Below, one piece after another: positions 9,762 to 20,286 of a DNA stretch of 64,000 nucleotides. Below the pieces are notes generated by a model that saw nothing but the letters and a program-made list of their open reading frames with translations, had not been told where the DNA came from and ran no database searches. Each line of letters starts with the position of its first letter. Position 1 is the first letter of the stretch. The stretch lies in contig OY970368.1 of assembly GCA_963718615.1 (NCBI GenBank), positions 4,128,001 through 4,192,000 of the forward strand. The letters run 5' to 3'. Both the position numbers and the translations under genes were made by a program. Source of the DNA: an uncultured cyanobacterium (GTDB lineage: Bacteria; Cyanobacteriota; Cyanobacteriia; PCC-9006; JAAUQQ01).

Positions 9762-10186
9762 GTTTAGATTCAAATGGCTTGATCCGATAGCACTTGAAAA
9801 TGTCCGTCAAGCCTGAATTCACGCCAAAATGATCTTCTGTCGTGCAACACAATGACCAACCTTTATAAAGCAAAACTTAAAAATCTCAAGCCCATTCAGA
9901 ATCTCCCTGCCTAGGCTTTAGACTTTTCTATCCAATCAAGAAAACGGCAGAACCCTCTAAAGACAGGCCTTACGAGCCTATTTCCTGACTTTTCATATTG
10001 AAGAAAAACACAGAATACTTATCTTTTAGATCACTAAAAACCACAAAAAACAACTCTACAAAATCTCTAATTGGCGAACAAAAATCCATTGGCCAGGTTG
10101 ACTTTTAAGGCGGCTTTTGCAACAATAATGCATGCGAGTCAGGTGCTGTTAGATATAGCTTGAGCGTGGCTCCGAGAGGCTAAGAA

Positions 10187-13100
10187 ATGAACGTGAAACA
10201 AAGTTTGCTGGCGATCGTTGGAATGGCCTGTCGGTTTCCAGGTGGCATTGATTCAGTTGTGGATCTAACTGATGCTCTCGAAAGTAAAATTAATGCAACC
10301 TGTGCTGTCCCTACCGATCGTTGGAATTCAAATTTTTATCATTCATCAGATTCCAAGTCGCGTGGGAAATCCTACATGCGTCGAGGGGCGTTTCTCAGGC
10401 ATGACATTTCTGAGTTTGATCCCTCATTTTTTGGTATTTCTCCCCGTGATGCTGAAAATATGGACCCTCAGCAGCGGACGCTGTTAGAAGTGGTATGGGA
10501 ATCTTTTGAAAATGCTGGCCTCTCTCTCCCGAGCTATGCGAGCAAAAGCGTTGGGGTATATGTGGGGGGATTCATGCTGGATCACATGATCAACCAAATG
10601 AGCCCTGGCAATCGTTCGATCATCAACCAGCACACCGCCACAGGCATGATGATGACGATGTTGTCCAATCGTATCTCCCACGTCTTCGATTTTCGGGGAC
10701 CCAGTCTGTCGATTGACACCGCTTGTTCCTCCTCCTTGGTGGCTTTTCACTATGCCTGTCAGGATCTATGGCGTGGCACGACCCAGATGGCAGTTGTGGG
10801 GGGGGTCAACATCATGCTGCGCCCGGAATACCCTATCGGCATGTGCAAGGGTCAGTTTTTATCCCGTGACGGTGAGTGCAAATCCTTTGATGAGCGGGCG
10901 GATGGCTACGGTCGGGGGGAGGGTGCTGGCATTGTTCTATTGAAACCTTTAGAGGCAGCCCTGGCGGATGGCGATCAAATTTTGGCCACCGTGCTGGGAA
11001 CCGGAATTAACCAAGATGGTCACACCTCGGGTATCTCCTTGCCCAATGGCGAAGCCCAGCGTGACTTAATTTATGACGTGTGGGATCGTTACCAGGTCGA
11101 TCCCACATCGGTCCGATATGTGGAATGCCACGGCACCGGAACAGCTGCAGGGGACCCCATTGAAGCAAGGGCCATTGGAGAGACCTATGGTCAGGCGCGC
11201 AAGGGGATTGCCCCTGTGGTCATTGGTTCGATCAAGAGCAATATTGGTCACACAGAGGCCGCCGCAGGAATTGCAGGCGTCATTAAGGCTGTGCTGACTT
11301 TGATGAATCGCAAGACCTATCCCCTGGCGAACCTACAGACCCCGAACTCCAAGATTCCCTTTCAAGATCTGAATCTTCAGTTATCCGACCAAATGATGGT
11401 GTTGAGTCAAGACCAAGAGCCATTCTGCGTCGCAGTCAATTCCTTTGGCTATGGCGGAACCAATGCTCATGCGATCCTCCAAACAGCACCGATCGCCACT
11501 AACGAGCAGGAGCTCGAATCAGCCCTCCAGCCGTCCCATGATCGATATCCCTGGGATCAGTCAACGAGCTCACCAGCCAAGCCGTTTCCCTTCTTTTTAC
11601 CCCTATCTGCCCGTAATCCAAAAGCCATTGGAGTACTGGCTAGCCGGTACCGGGAACTCTTAAGCAACGATCACATTTGCTTAGCGGATCTACTCTATTC
11701 GGCTTCTTTGCGGCGTACCCATCTATCCCATCGTGCCGTGGTGAAAGGGAACAGCCGGACAGAACTGCTGGCTGCCCTTGAAACCCTGAGCAACAACGAG
11801 GAAAACGACGACGTTATCCAGGGGGTTGAACCCTTTAAAGGTCACCGGAAACCGGTGTTTGTTTTTACAGGGATGGGACCTCAGCGTTGGGATATGGGGC
11901 GCGAGTTGTATCAACATAGTCCTATCTATCGCGCCGCCGTCGAAGAAGCGGATACCGTTTTTCAAGCGGTTGCCGGGTTTTCAATTCTGGCGGAAATGCT
12001 CAAGGATGAGCAGGGTTCACAAATTTCACGCACAGAAATTGCTCAACCGGCTAACTTAGTTTTACAAATTGGACTTTTGGCCGTGCTGAAAGCCGCAGGG
12101 GTTGAGCCCGGTGCTGTGGTTGGACATTCTGTGGGAGAACTGGGTTCCGCCTATGCTGCAGGTGTACTTAATCTAGAAGATGTGATGACGGTGGCCTACC
12201 ATCGAAGTCGTCTTCAGGCGACCCGAGCCGGTACGGGTGGAATGCTTGCAGTGGGGTTGGGTAAGGAGCAGGCCTTGGAAAGAATTGCCCCCTGCTCGGA
12301 TCGGGTTTCGGTGGCGGCGGTCAATAGTCCCTCCAGTGTGACATTGGCGGGTGATGCCCAGGCCCTAGAACAGTTGGCGAACGTCTTCACAGAGGAAGGA
12401 ATCTTCAATCGCCAGCTTACGGTCGAAGTCCCCTATCACAGCCCAATGATGGATCCGATCCTACAGCCTATGATTGAGGCCATGGCGCAGATCCGTCCCC
12501 AATACCCTCAGGTCGATCTGTACTCGACCGTAACGGGGGCAAGGGTGGAGGGCATTTCCTACGACGCTGAATACTGGACACTCAATACGCGTCAGTCTGT
12601 TGAATTTGCCGCTGCAATTTTCTCACTACTAGAGGACGGATACAATACGTTTCTTGAGGTTGGCCCCCACCCCGTCTTGGCCAATTCTATCCGGGACTGT
12701 ATCCGCAGTTCGGACAAAGACTGTCGAACCATTTTTACCTTAAATCGCAAGATGCCAGAGCTAGCTAGCCTGCATCGGGCGATCGCCAGCGTTTATACAT
12801 CGGGTTGTGAAATCAACTGGTCTATTCACAATGGCCAAGGACATTGGATCACGCTACCGAACTACCCCTGGCAACGGGAACGGCTCTGGGTGGAAAATGA
12901 CCGAGCCGCCCAAGATCGGTTGGCCGTCATGAGTGCCCCTATCCTAGGTTTGCAAGAAGCCCCGGCAACCCCTGCTTGGCGAAACGATTTTGAGCATGAA
13001 AGTGTCAAATATCTTAAGGATCACGTGATCACTGGCGTGCCTATTTTGCCGGCTGCGGCTTATATTGAGGCATTGTTGGAGCTGTTAATGTCGAAGGCTA

Positions 13101-16100
13101 ATAGTCAAGCCGCGCTGATCCTCCGGAATCTCAAAATCTTTTCCCCCATGCTGCTCTCTAGCGATCGGGCGCTGGATGCGGTGACAACTTATGATCCTTT
13201 TACCCAATCGGCAACGATCCGCAGTCTGACCAACGGGTCACTGGGAGAGGGGCAAATCCACATTACCGCCAACCTTGCTTGGGCTAAAACGTACATTCCC
13301 AAACAGCAAGATTTACAGGCGCTCCTCGCGGCGGCTGAGCATCAGGTTGATATTCCCGAGTTTTATCAACGTTTGGATCGACTGAATCTCAGCTACGGGC
13401 CTGCTTTTCAGAGCATTCGTGCCATGCAGGTCAATCAGACCGAGCGACGGGTCGTCGCACGCATTGAAATGGATGCAAACCTCGCTCAAGCCTTAGACGG
13501 TTATGTGATTCATCCCTCCCTACTGGATGCTTGTTTCCAAACCCAGATTGCTTTGTTGAAGGTTCTGGAAACGACCTATTTACCGACTGGTTTTCAGGAA
13601 ATGTGTGTCTATAGCACCCAACTCCCTGAGAGCATCTGGTGCTTAACCGAACTGATAGAACAAACAGAACGACAGATTCTGTGCAATATTTCGCTTCTGG
13701 ATGAGGAGGGCCGATGTTTGGCCGTCATTCGAGGCATGTGCTCCACAGCAGCGGCTAAACAGGAACGAGTCGATCGGTTTGGTGACCCGGTAAAGCGCCA
13801 AATCTTGACCTACAACTGGTCCTACGGTGAGCCCCTGACCGAGCCCAAGCGTTTGGGTTATTGGTTGGTGGTGGGTGCGGATGTTCAAATAACCCAAAAA
13901 ACCAGCAAGAATCTGGAGCAGTATGGAGCGATCCAGGCGTTTCCGGTTGTTCTTCGGGCTCAAGCACTAGGGAGCGATCCCCCGACAGAGGCAGTCGCCC
14001 TCGCTCAGGTCGAAACAACGGCAGATGCAACTCGCCTGTTGGAGCATTATTCCAGCTTGGACGGTATCGTTTTTCTTCACGGTTTGGCCGCCACACCGAA
14101 CTCTGACGATCCCACAGGGGAGCGGGCGATCGCACAACTCATCGCCTTTTCCCAAGCGCTGCTCCAGCGATCGGACAGCCACCGCCCTCGAATCTATACC
14201 GTGACTCAAGGGGCCTTTTCGGTCAAGGAGCACGATACCCTCATCCAACCCAGTCAGTCTGCCATTAATGGTTTTGTACGGGTGGCGTTCAATGAACTCG
14301 AAGGGTTTCGTTTTAGTTCCATTGACCTCCCTGGCAAGATTTCTCCAGAGATCTGGGATAGCTTAACTATGGAGTTACTCTGCGATAGCCGCCACGACGA
14401 AGTCGCCCTGCGTGGTCGCTTACGGTTGGTGAGCGAACTGACAGACAGTCCCCTTCTGACTGAAGATCGTATTCAATATGTCGGCATTGACGATACCCAT
14501 CCCATCAAGGTTCGTCCCCTCAAGGCTGATACAGAAAGTATCGGCGGGGCTCGAATCTTGTCAGCTCCTCCGGCACCGCTGGGAACCGATGACATTCAGT
14601 TACGGATCGAAGCAGTCTTGGCTCCCTATCAATTACTCACTGAAGAGCCGGCCCTCTACGAAAGTCAACCGGTTGTTGAAGTCGTAGCTGAAGTCATCGG
14701 CGTCGGGTCTGAGGTGAATGATTTGCAACCGGGTCTACGAGTCTGTGGCTATGCCCCCACCGAGATTGCCAGTCATATTTCCGGTCCTCGGGAGCAATTT
14801 GCGTTAGTTCCCATTCGCCCAGAGACCAACGCCGCTAAACTCGTGAGTACGATGGGTCTGACAACTCGGGCTCAACTGGCGATCGCCAATCAGGATCTAA
14901 GCAAAAATGATCAGGCATTGATCTATACAGACCCCCTGGGATTAGTCATCGCTGACATCCTCGATCGGCAAGGGATCAAGGTTATCCTCATCTCCGAAGC
15001 CCAAGACAAGCTCGAATTCAAGGTTCTGGAGCGCTACGTTGTTGTGTCATTTTGCCCAGAAGAGCTGCACGAGGTCTTTGAACAAACCAGAGAAAGTAAG
15101 GGTTTTGATCTGTTGGTTGCTCCCTTAGGCCGTTGGGTCCAGACCTTTGATTTCAGTAGCCTGCGGCAGGGTGGCAGCATCATTGATACGGACAGTGACG
15201 CAACCCCAATCGCCCTAGGACAGCATCAGTTAACCAGAACTGATCTGAAGATGTATTTGCAGCGCCCTGCTCGTCTTCAGCAGATGCTCACACAAGTCGT
15301 GGAACAGTTTGAGCAGCAGCAGATGGCACCACTACAAAGTCTGACCGTTTCGGTTCATGATATTGCTTGGCAAAAGCTTAGCTTGTCCAGCGATATTCGG
15401 ACTGTCGTGATGACCTTTAGTACCCATGGTCAAGAGTTGCCCGTGGTCCAGAAAGACATCGCAGTTTTTGATCCCAATGGTACCTATTTCATTACAGGTG
15501 GTTTTGGCGGCTTTGGTCAAAAAACGGCTGAGTGGCTGGTTTCCAAAGGCGTTCGCCACCTGGTGCTGACGGGGCGTACGGGAGCAAACACCCCAGCGCG
15601 CCAGGCCATCCTTCAGCATCTCAGGGAACTGGGTGCAACGGTCAAGGCAGTAGCCTGCGACACCGCTGATCTGGAAGCTCTCAGCGAACTGTTTGCCGAC
15701 ATTCAGGCAACTTGTCCGCCGCTCAAGGGCATTTTCCACTCCGGTGCGCTGATCTTAGATCAGCCGATTGAGGCCATTGACCCCAATATCTACCAAAAGG
15801 TGATGCGTAGCAAAGCCTTGGGCGCATGGAACTTGCACCAGCTCACCCTGTCCCTGTCCCTGTCCCTTGATCACTTTGTGTTGTACTCCTCCGTGGCCAA
15901 CCTGGTCGGGAACACCCGTCAAGCGGCCTACAGTGCAGCCAATGGATTCCTCAACGGCTTAGCCCATCTTCGTCGGACGCAGGGGCTGGCGGGAACTAGC
16001 GTTAACTGGGGGGCGATCGCCGATGTCGGGGTTGTTGCCCAGGATGAAACCCTGGAGCAATTCCTACGGTACACCGGTCTTAGAGGAATCAGCTCCGCAG

Positions 16101-16570
16101 AGGCCTTGGATGTCCTGGATGTTGCCCTAGCCAGAGATGTGACCCAGTTTGGCGTTTCCATGATTTCCAGTTGGGCCGACTGGTCTCGCTATGAAACGCG
16201 TGGCGCAACTTCACCTCGCTTCCAAAGCCTAATCGCCAGTGATACCCAAGACAAAGACCATTCAATGCGCACGGTCCTCAAAGAGGAATTAAGGGGTCTT
16301 AAAGAGGAAGAAAAAGTTGAGTTACTCGGCTCCTTACTGCTGGAAATTATTGCGTCTGTTCTCAAGTCTGACCCAGAAGGAATCCCCTTAGATACGGTCG
16401 TCAGCCAATTGGGTGTCGACTCATTAATGGCGACCGAACTACAGCTCCAGATTGACACCCAGTTAGGACTCAGCATTTCCATCATGGAACTTCTTGGAGA
16501 TACAACCATTCGCTCTTTTGCGCGGAGTTCACTAACCTCACTCTTCACAGAAGAAGCCAGCCTGGTCTAG
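10187..16570 (+). CDS. Reducing type I PKS: KS-AT-DH-ER(degenerate)-KR-ACP
   Basis: KS (DTACSSS, ECHGTGT, GHTEAAAG); AT (GHSVG, PYHS); DH (DHVITGVPILP, HPSLLDACFQ); ER-like region lacking the GGVG motif; KR (ITGGFGGFG, YSAAN); ACP (LGVDSLMA). Confidence 0.93.
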   Translation: MNVKQSLLAIVGMACRFPGGIDSVVDLTDALESKINATCAVPTDRWNSNFYHSSDSKSRGKSYMRRGAFLRHDISEFDPSFFGISPRDAENMDPQQRTLLEVVWESFENAGLSLPSYASKSVGVYVGGFMLDHMINQMSPGNRSIINQHTATGMMMTMLSNRISHVFDFRGPSLSIDTACSSSLVAFHYACQDLWRGTTQMAVVGGVNIMLRPEYPIGMCKGQFLSRDGECKSFDERADGYGRGEGAGIVLLKPLEAALADGDQILATVLGTGINQDGHTSGISLPNGEAQRDLIYDVWDRYQVDPTSVRYVECHGTGTAAGDPIEARAIGETYGQARKGIAPVVIGSIKSNIGHTEAAAGIAGVIKAVLTLMNRKTYPLANLQTPNSKIPFQDLNLQLSDQMMVLSQDQEPFCVAVNSFGYGGTNAHAILQTAPIATNEQELESALQPSHDRYPWDQSTSSPAKPFPFFLPLSARNPKAIGVLASRYRELLSNDHICLADLLYSASLRRTHLSHRAVVKGNSRTELLAALETLSNNEENDDVIQGVEPFKGHRKPVFVFTGMGPQRWDMGRELYQHSPIYRAAVEEADTVFQAVAGFSILAEMLKDEQGSQISRTEIAQPANLVLQIGLLAVLKAAGVEPGAVVGHSVGELGSAYAAGVLNLEDVMTVAYHRSRLQATRAGTGGMLAVGLGKEQALERIAPCSDRVSVAAVNSPSSVTLAGDAQALEQLANVFTEEGIFNRQLTVEVPYHSPMMDPILQPMIEAMAQIRPQYPQVDLYSTVTGARVEGISYDAEYWTLNTRQSVEFAAAIFSLLEDGYNTFLEVGPHPVLANSIRDCIRSSDKDCRTIFTLNRKMPELASLHRAIASVYTSGCEINWSIHNGQGHWITLPNYPWQRERLWVENDRAAQDRLAVMSAPILGLQEAPATPAWRNDFEHESVKYLKDHVITGVPILPAAAYIEALLELLMSKANSQAALILRNLKIFSPMLLSSDRALDAVTTYDPFTQSATIRSLTNGSLGEGQIHITANLAWAKTYIPKQQDLQALLAAAEHQVDIPEFYQRLDRLNLSYGPAFQSIRAMQVNQTERRVVARIEMDANLAQALDGYVIHPSLLDACFQTQIALLKVLETTYLPTGFQEMCVYSTQLPESIWCLTELIEQTERQILCNISLLDEEGRCLAVIRGMCSTAAAKQERVDRFGDPVKRQILTYNWSYGEPLTEPKRLGYWLVVGADVQITQKTSKNLEQYGAIQAFPVVLRAQALGSDPPTEAVALAQVETTADATRLLEHYSSLDGIVFLHGLAATPNSDDPTGERAIAQLIAFSQALLQRSDSHRPRIYTVTQGAFSVKEHDTLIQPSQSAINGFVRVAFNELEGFRFSSIDLPGKISPEIWDSLTMELLCDSRHDEVALRGRLRLVSELTDSPLLTEDRIQYVGIDDTHPIKVRPLKADTESIGGARILSAPPAPLGTDDIQLRIEAVLAPYQLLTEEPALYESQPVVEVVAEVIGVGSEVNDLQPGLRVCGYAPTEIASHISGPREQFALVPIRPETNAAKLVSTMGLTTRAQLAIANQDLSKNDQALIYTDPLGLVIADILDRQGIKVILISEAQDKLEFKVLERYVVVSFCPEELHEVFEQTRESKGFDLLVAPLGRWVQTFDFSSLRQGGSIIDTDSDATPIALGQHQLTRTDLKMYLQRPARLQQMLTQVVEQFEQQQMAPLQSLTVSVHDIAWQKLSLSSDIRTVVMTFSTHGQELPVVQKDIAVFDPNGTYFITGGFGGFGQKTAEWLVSKGVRHLVLTGRTGANTPARQAILQHLRELGATVKAVACDTADLEALSELFADIQATCPPLKGIFHSGALILDQPIEAIDPNIYQKVMRSKALGAWNLHQLTLSLSLSLDHFVLYSSVANLVGNTRQAAYSAANGFLNGLAHLRRTQGLAGTSVNWGAIADVGVVAQDETLEQFLRYTGLRGISSAEALDVLDVALARDVTQFGVSMISSWADWSRYETRGATSPRFQSLIASDTQDKDHSMRTVLKEELRGLKEEEKVELLGSLLLEIIASVLKSDPEGIPLDTVVSQLGVDSLMATELQLQIDTQLGLSISIMELLGDTTIRSFARSSLTSLFTEEASLV

Positions 16571-16615
16571 CGATTCAGGCTGGCGATTCAGACTAGCGAT
16601 TCAGAAGCGATTCAG
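16570..16615. repeat. Short tandem repeat GCGATTCAG x4
   Basis: Copies at 16570, 16583, 16596 and 16607, starting at the PKS stop codon. Confidence 0.8.
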
Positions 16616-16667
16616 AAACCTTAAAGGCTTTGTTCGTCAACCTATCCAGAACGATTGAGTACCCCCC

Positions 16668-18002
16668 ATGACTGTACAATCCCGCTTAGAACGACTCAAG
16701 AAACAGATGAACTTGAGTGCTGAGGTTTCAACTTCAGAATCTCAAATCAAGGTATTTACCCCTAAGGAGATACAGCCTCACCATTATGATGTATCCCTGT
16801 TTCCTGAATACAAAGAATTCGCAACAATGGAGTGGTTTTATGAAAGCCAGAATTACACCAAAAATCTGTTTCAAAAGCATTTAGGCGGATCTGACGCAAC
16901 GGTTAATCTAGAAGGGCAAGAGCGGATCAATTTTTCAAGCTATAACTACTTAGCACTGGCTAATGATCCGAGGGTCAAGAAGGCAGCTCAAGATGCAGTC
17001 GAAGCCTTTGGCACTAGCACTGGATCCGGGCGTTCCATTACCGGCGAAATTGATCTCCATCAAGCATTTGAGCGGGAAATCTCAGAAGTTCTGGGCACCG
17101 AAGATGCCGTCGTTTCGGTAGGAGGATACAGTACCAATACCTTTACGATTGGTTATCTCTGTCGAGAACAGGATTTGATCATCTACGATGAATTGATTCA
17201 CAATTCTGCTTTAACGGGATGCAAGCTAGCGGGCTCAAGACGCTTTAAGTTTCCCCACAATGACTACGAAGCCCTGGAAAAAATTCTGGAACAGCAGCGC
17301 CATAAATACGAGCGTGTCTTAATCCTCGTAGAAGGAGTTTACAGCATGGATGGGGACATCCCCGATATCCCTCGTCTGATAGAAATTAAGCAGAAGTATA
17401 AGGCTCTATTGATGGTTGATGAGGCCCATTCCATGGGAGTGATTGGTCCCAATGGTTTAGGCGTGACGGATTACTTTAATGTATCGGGTCAGGACATCGA
17501 CATTCTCTATGGCTCCATGAGCAAGGCGTTCGGAACTTGCGGGGGTTACGTAGCCGGTTCTAAAGCCCTCATTGCGATTTTAAAGTATTACGCACCGGGT
17601 GTCTTGCTCTATGGCGCTGCTCCTACCCCCGCTAATACGGCTGCGGGGCTTGAATCTCTCAGAATTATGCGAGATGAACCGGAACGGGCTCGTCGGGTCC
17701 AGGAAAATGCAGCGTATTTTATTGAGAAAGCCCAGGCCGCAGGGTTAGATACCTACGTCAGCAAAGATTCAGGGGTTGTACCCATTATGATTCGAGATTC
17801 TGAGCTTGCCCTTTGGCTTTCTGTAACGCTGTTCGACCAAGGTATCTGCGCTTTTCCCATGCTTTATCCGATCGTTCCCCGAGATCAGTCGCGGTTGCGA
17901 TTCTTCATTAATACGAACCATACCCAAGCTCAACTGCATTTCACCATCGATTGCATTGTCAAAAACCTTCGTGTTGCTCCGCCTTCAACAGGTGCAATGT
18001 AA
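16668..18002 (+). CDS. PLP-dependent alpha-oxoamine synthase (BioF/serine palmitoyltransferase family)
   Basis: NFSSYNYLAL, DELIHNS, FPHND, EGVYSMDGD, VDEAHS, PLP-lysine motif GSMSKAFG, RLRFFI. Confidence 0.9.
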   Translation: MTVQSRLERLKKQMNLSAEVSTSESQIKVFTPKEIQPHHYDVSLFPEYKEFATMEWFYESQNYTKNLFQKHLGGSDATVNLEGQERINFSSYNYLALANDPRVKKAAQDAVEAFGTSTGSGRSITGEIDLHQAFEREISEVLGTEDAVVSVGGYSTNTFTIGYLCREQDLIIYDELIHNSALTGCKLAGSRRFKFPHNDYEALEKILEQQRHKYERVLILVEGVYSMDGDIPDIPRLIEIKQKYKALLMVDEAHSMGVIGPNGLGVTDYFNVSGQDIDILYGSMSKAFGTCGGYVAGSKALIAILKYYAPGVLLYGAAPTPANTAAGLESLRIMRDEPERARRVQENAAYFIEKAQAAGLDTYVSKDSGVVPIMIRDSELALWLSVTLFDQGICAFPMLYPIVPRDQSRLRFFINTNHTQAQLHFTIDCIVKNLRVAPPSTGAM

Positions 18003-18040
18003 GGACTTTAATCGATACAAATATTGTCCCGGTCAAGACC

Positions 18041-19072
18041 ATGAAGCAGGTTAAATTCAATACATTTGGTCCACCCTTTGCAGTCGCCTCTTGTGTGGAT
18101 GGAGCTGATGTTGGTGATCCTTCTCCATGGGAGGTCATTGTCAATGTAGAGGTCTTTCCCATTAATGTGGCCGATTTAGCGATGCTGGCTGGAGACTATG
18201 GAACGCTCCCACAACTCCCTGCAAGCATTGGCATGGAAGCGGTTGGGACGGTCTCCCAATGCGGGGATGCCGTTCAAGCTTTAGAGGAGGGCGATCGCGT
18301 TGTCATCTTGGCCAATAATAATTGGGCCGAACGTCGTAAAGTCACGCTCAATGCCGTTCAAAAAGTTCCTAAAGACATTGATGTGGCACAGTTGTCACTC
18401 CTCAAAGTCAACCCAACCACTGCCTACATGCTACTCAATGATTTTGTAGCACTCGAACCAGGTGATTGGATTATTCAATCTGCCCCCTTATCCAGTGTGG
18501 GGCAGTCTGTGCTCCAACTTGCCCAGTCTAGGGGCATCAAAACAGTCAATGTTATCCATCGTCCAGAACTTAAGGAAAGAGTAATGGAGCGAGGGGGTGA
18601 TGTTGTGATGGAGGATGGCCCTGATTTAAGTCAGCGGGTTCAAGCACTCATTGGTCTTGCTCCCATTTCTCTGGCCCTAGATGCAGTGGCAGGACCAGGG
18701 ACCCAGCATCTAGCCGACTGCTTGTCTGATGGGGGGCGGATTATCAATTATGGGATGTTGTCGGGGGAGAGCTGCGTTTTAGCACCGGAACATATTATCT
18801 TTCGGGGTATCTCCTTAGAAGGATTTTGGCTTTCCAAAATTGTTAATCGCATGTCCCATCAAGATCGTAATGATTTATTTGGGCAACTCACCCAACTCAT
18901 TGCGAATCAAAAGCTCAACATCGAAATCGATTCCTACTATCCCATGTCAGACCTCAAGTCCGCTATTCAACGGGCTATGGAGCGGGGTCGTCAAGGAAAA
19001 GTTTTGGTTTACACCAAATTTGCCCCAGACCACATCAAAGCGCAGAAATCCAATCATCCCAAACCAATGTAG
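18041..19072 (+). CDS. MDR-family trans-2-enoyl thioester reductase (MECR/Etr1-like)
   Basis: PINVADL, GMEAVG...GDRV, VNPTTAY, IIQSAPLSSVGQ, NYGMLSG, LEGFWL; ATG at 18041 (ORF track 17951). Confidence 0.85.
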   Translation: MKQVKFNTFGPPFAVASCVDGADVGDPSPWEVIVNVEVFPINVADLAMLAGDYGTLPQLPASIGMEAVGTVSQCGDAVQALEEGDRVVILANNNWAERRKVTLNAVQKVPKDIDVAQLSLLKVNPTTAYMLLNDFVALEPGDWIIQSAPLSSVGQSVLQLAQSRGIKTVNVIHRPELKERVMERGGDVVMEDGPDLSQRVQALIGLAPISLALDAVAGPGTQHLADCLSDGGRIINYGMLSGESCVLAPEHIIFRGISLEGFWLSKIVNRMSHQDRNDLFGQLTQLIANQKLNIEIDSYYPMSDLKSAIQRAMERGRQGKVLVYTKFAPDHIKAQKSNHPKPM

Positions 19073-19093
19073 GGGCAAATCGCTGTTCGTCGG

Positions 19094-20242
19094 ATGTCTG
19101 TCAAGCACCGTCTGAACAAAGCTTCTACATCAAGGATGGGGGTCATTGAGTTGTCATCACCCCCTCACGCTCATCGACACAACCCCATATTTATGCAAGC
19201 CCTTCAAAGCATCAAGCCTAAACCTCAGATTTTCAATTGGACTGACGCACCACCCCAGGGAGAAGCGTCAGCCATTGCTCCAGGTCTGTGGTTGCTACCT
19301 GTTCCCTTGGACTCAACCTTAGACCATGTTAATCTCTATGTGTTGGCTGATGCTGATGGCTGGACGTTGGTGGATACAGGGATTAATACCCCCCTCTGTC
19401 GTCAGGCACTGGAATCAGCCTTTAGTCGGGAACCACTGAAGCAATTTCCCATCACGCGTGTAATTTCTACTCACTTTCATCCCGATCACATTGGTCTAGC
19501 AGGCTGGTTGTGCCAGCAAGGAGCAGAACTCTGGACCAGCCGAACCTGCTGGATGCAGACTCGCCTCCTAACAGTCGATGACCGTCCAGGTCCCCTGGAA
19601 CATGAACTTCATTTTGTACGGAAAGCCGGGATGCAGGGGTTGGAGTTTGAAGCCTTTCGTCGTCGCCCCCATAACAATTACCGGCAAACCGTCTTGCCAT
19701 TGCCAGACACTTATCATCGCCTGACAGAGGGAGACCGTCTAACCATTGGCGATCGCACCTGGACTGTTCATCTAGGCTATGGCCATGCCGTTGAACATGT
19801 CACACTTTGGGCTGACGATGGCCATGTGATTACTGGGGATCAAGTGTTGCCTGGAATTTCGTCCAATATCAGCGTTCTTTCCAGTGAACCGGAAGAAGAT
19901 GTCCTCTCTGAATGGATAGAGAGCTGCAAGCGATTTGCTCAACTGGCATCGGATGAAATGCTCTGTTTACCAGGCCATAACCTTCCCTTTTATGGCATAG
20001 GTAAGCGTTGTCATCAATTAATTCATAGTCATCAACTTGCATTAGCTCGGCTTCTCCAGTATTTACAACAACCTCGCACCGTTCTCGATTGTCTAGAGGT
20101 GATTTATCGGCGAAAACTCCGCCCCGACGAACGCAGTCTTTTAATTGCAGAAGCTTTTGGCTATCTCAACCATTTACACAAGAAAAACATGGTGGAAAAA
20201 ACGATCAATTTTGAAGGTGCTTACCTATGGTTTAAGCGTTAA
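19094..20242 (+). CDS. Metallo-beta-lactamase-fold hydrolase
   Basis: LVDTG, THFHPDH, GHAVEH, TGDQ, LPGH; the start may be the downstream ATG at 19193. Confidence 0.88.
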   Translation: MSVKHRLNKASTSRMGVIELSSPPHAHRHNPIFMQALQSIKPKPQIFNWTDAPPQGEASAIAPGLWLLPVPLDSTLDHVNLYVLADADGWTLVDTGINTPLCRQALESAFSREPLKQFPITRVISTHFHPDHIGLAGWLCQQGAELWTSRTCWMQTRLLTVDDRPGPLEHELHFVRKAGMQGLEFEAFRRRPHNNYRQTVLPLPDTYHRLTEGDRLTIGDRTWTVHLGYGHAVEHVTLWADDGHVITGDQVLPGISSNISVLSSEPEEDVLSEWIESCKRFAQLASDEMLCLPGHNLPFYGIGKRCHQLIHSHQLALARLLQYLQQPRTVLDCLEVIYRRKLRPDERSLLIAEAFGYLNHLHKKNMVEKTINFEGAYLWFKR

Positions 20243-20286
20243 GGTCAACACTACTCATTTTCTCTAGATTTTTAGCATTAAAATTC

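Noticed and set aside
16668-18002. Calling the AOS enzyme bioF
   Set aside because: No biotin genes nearby, an N-terminal extension is present and the gene is tightly linked to the PKS; only the family is supported
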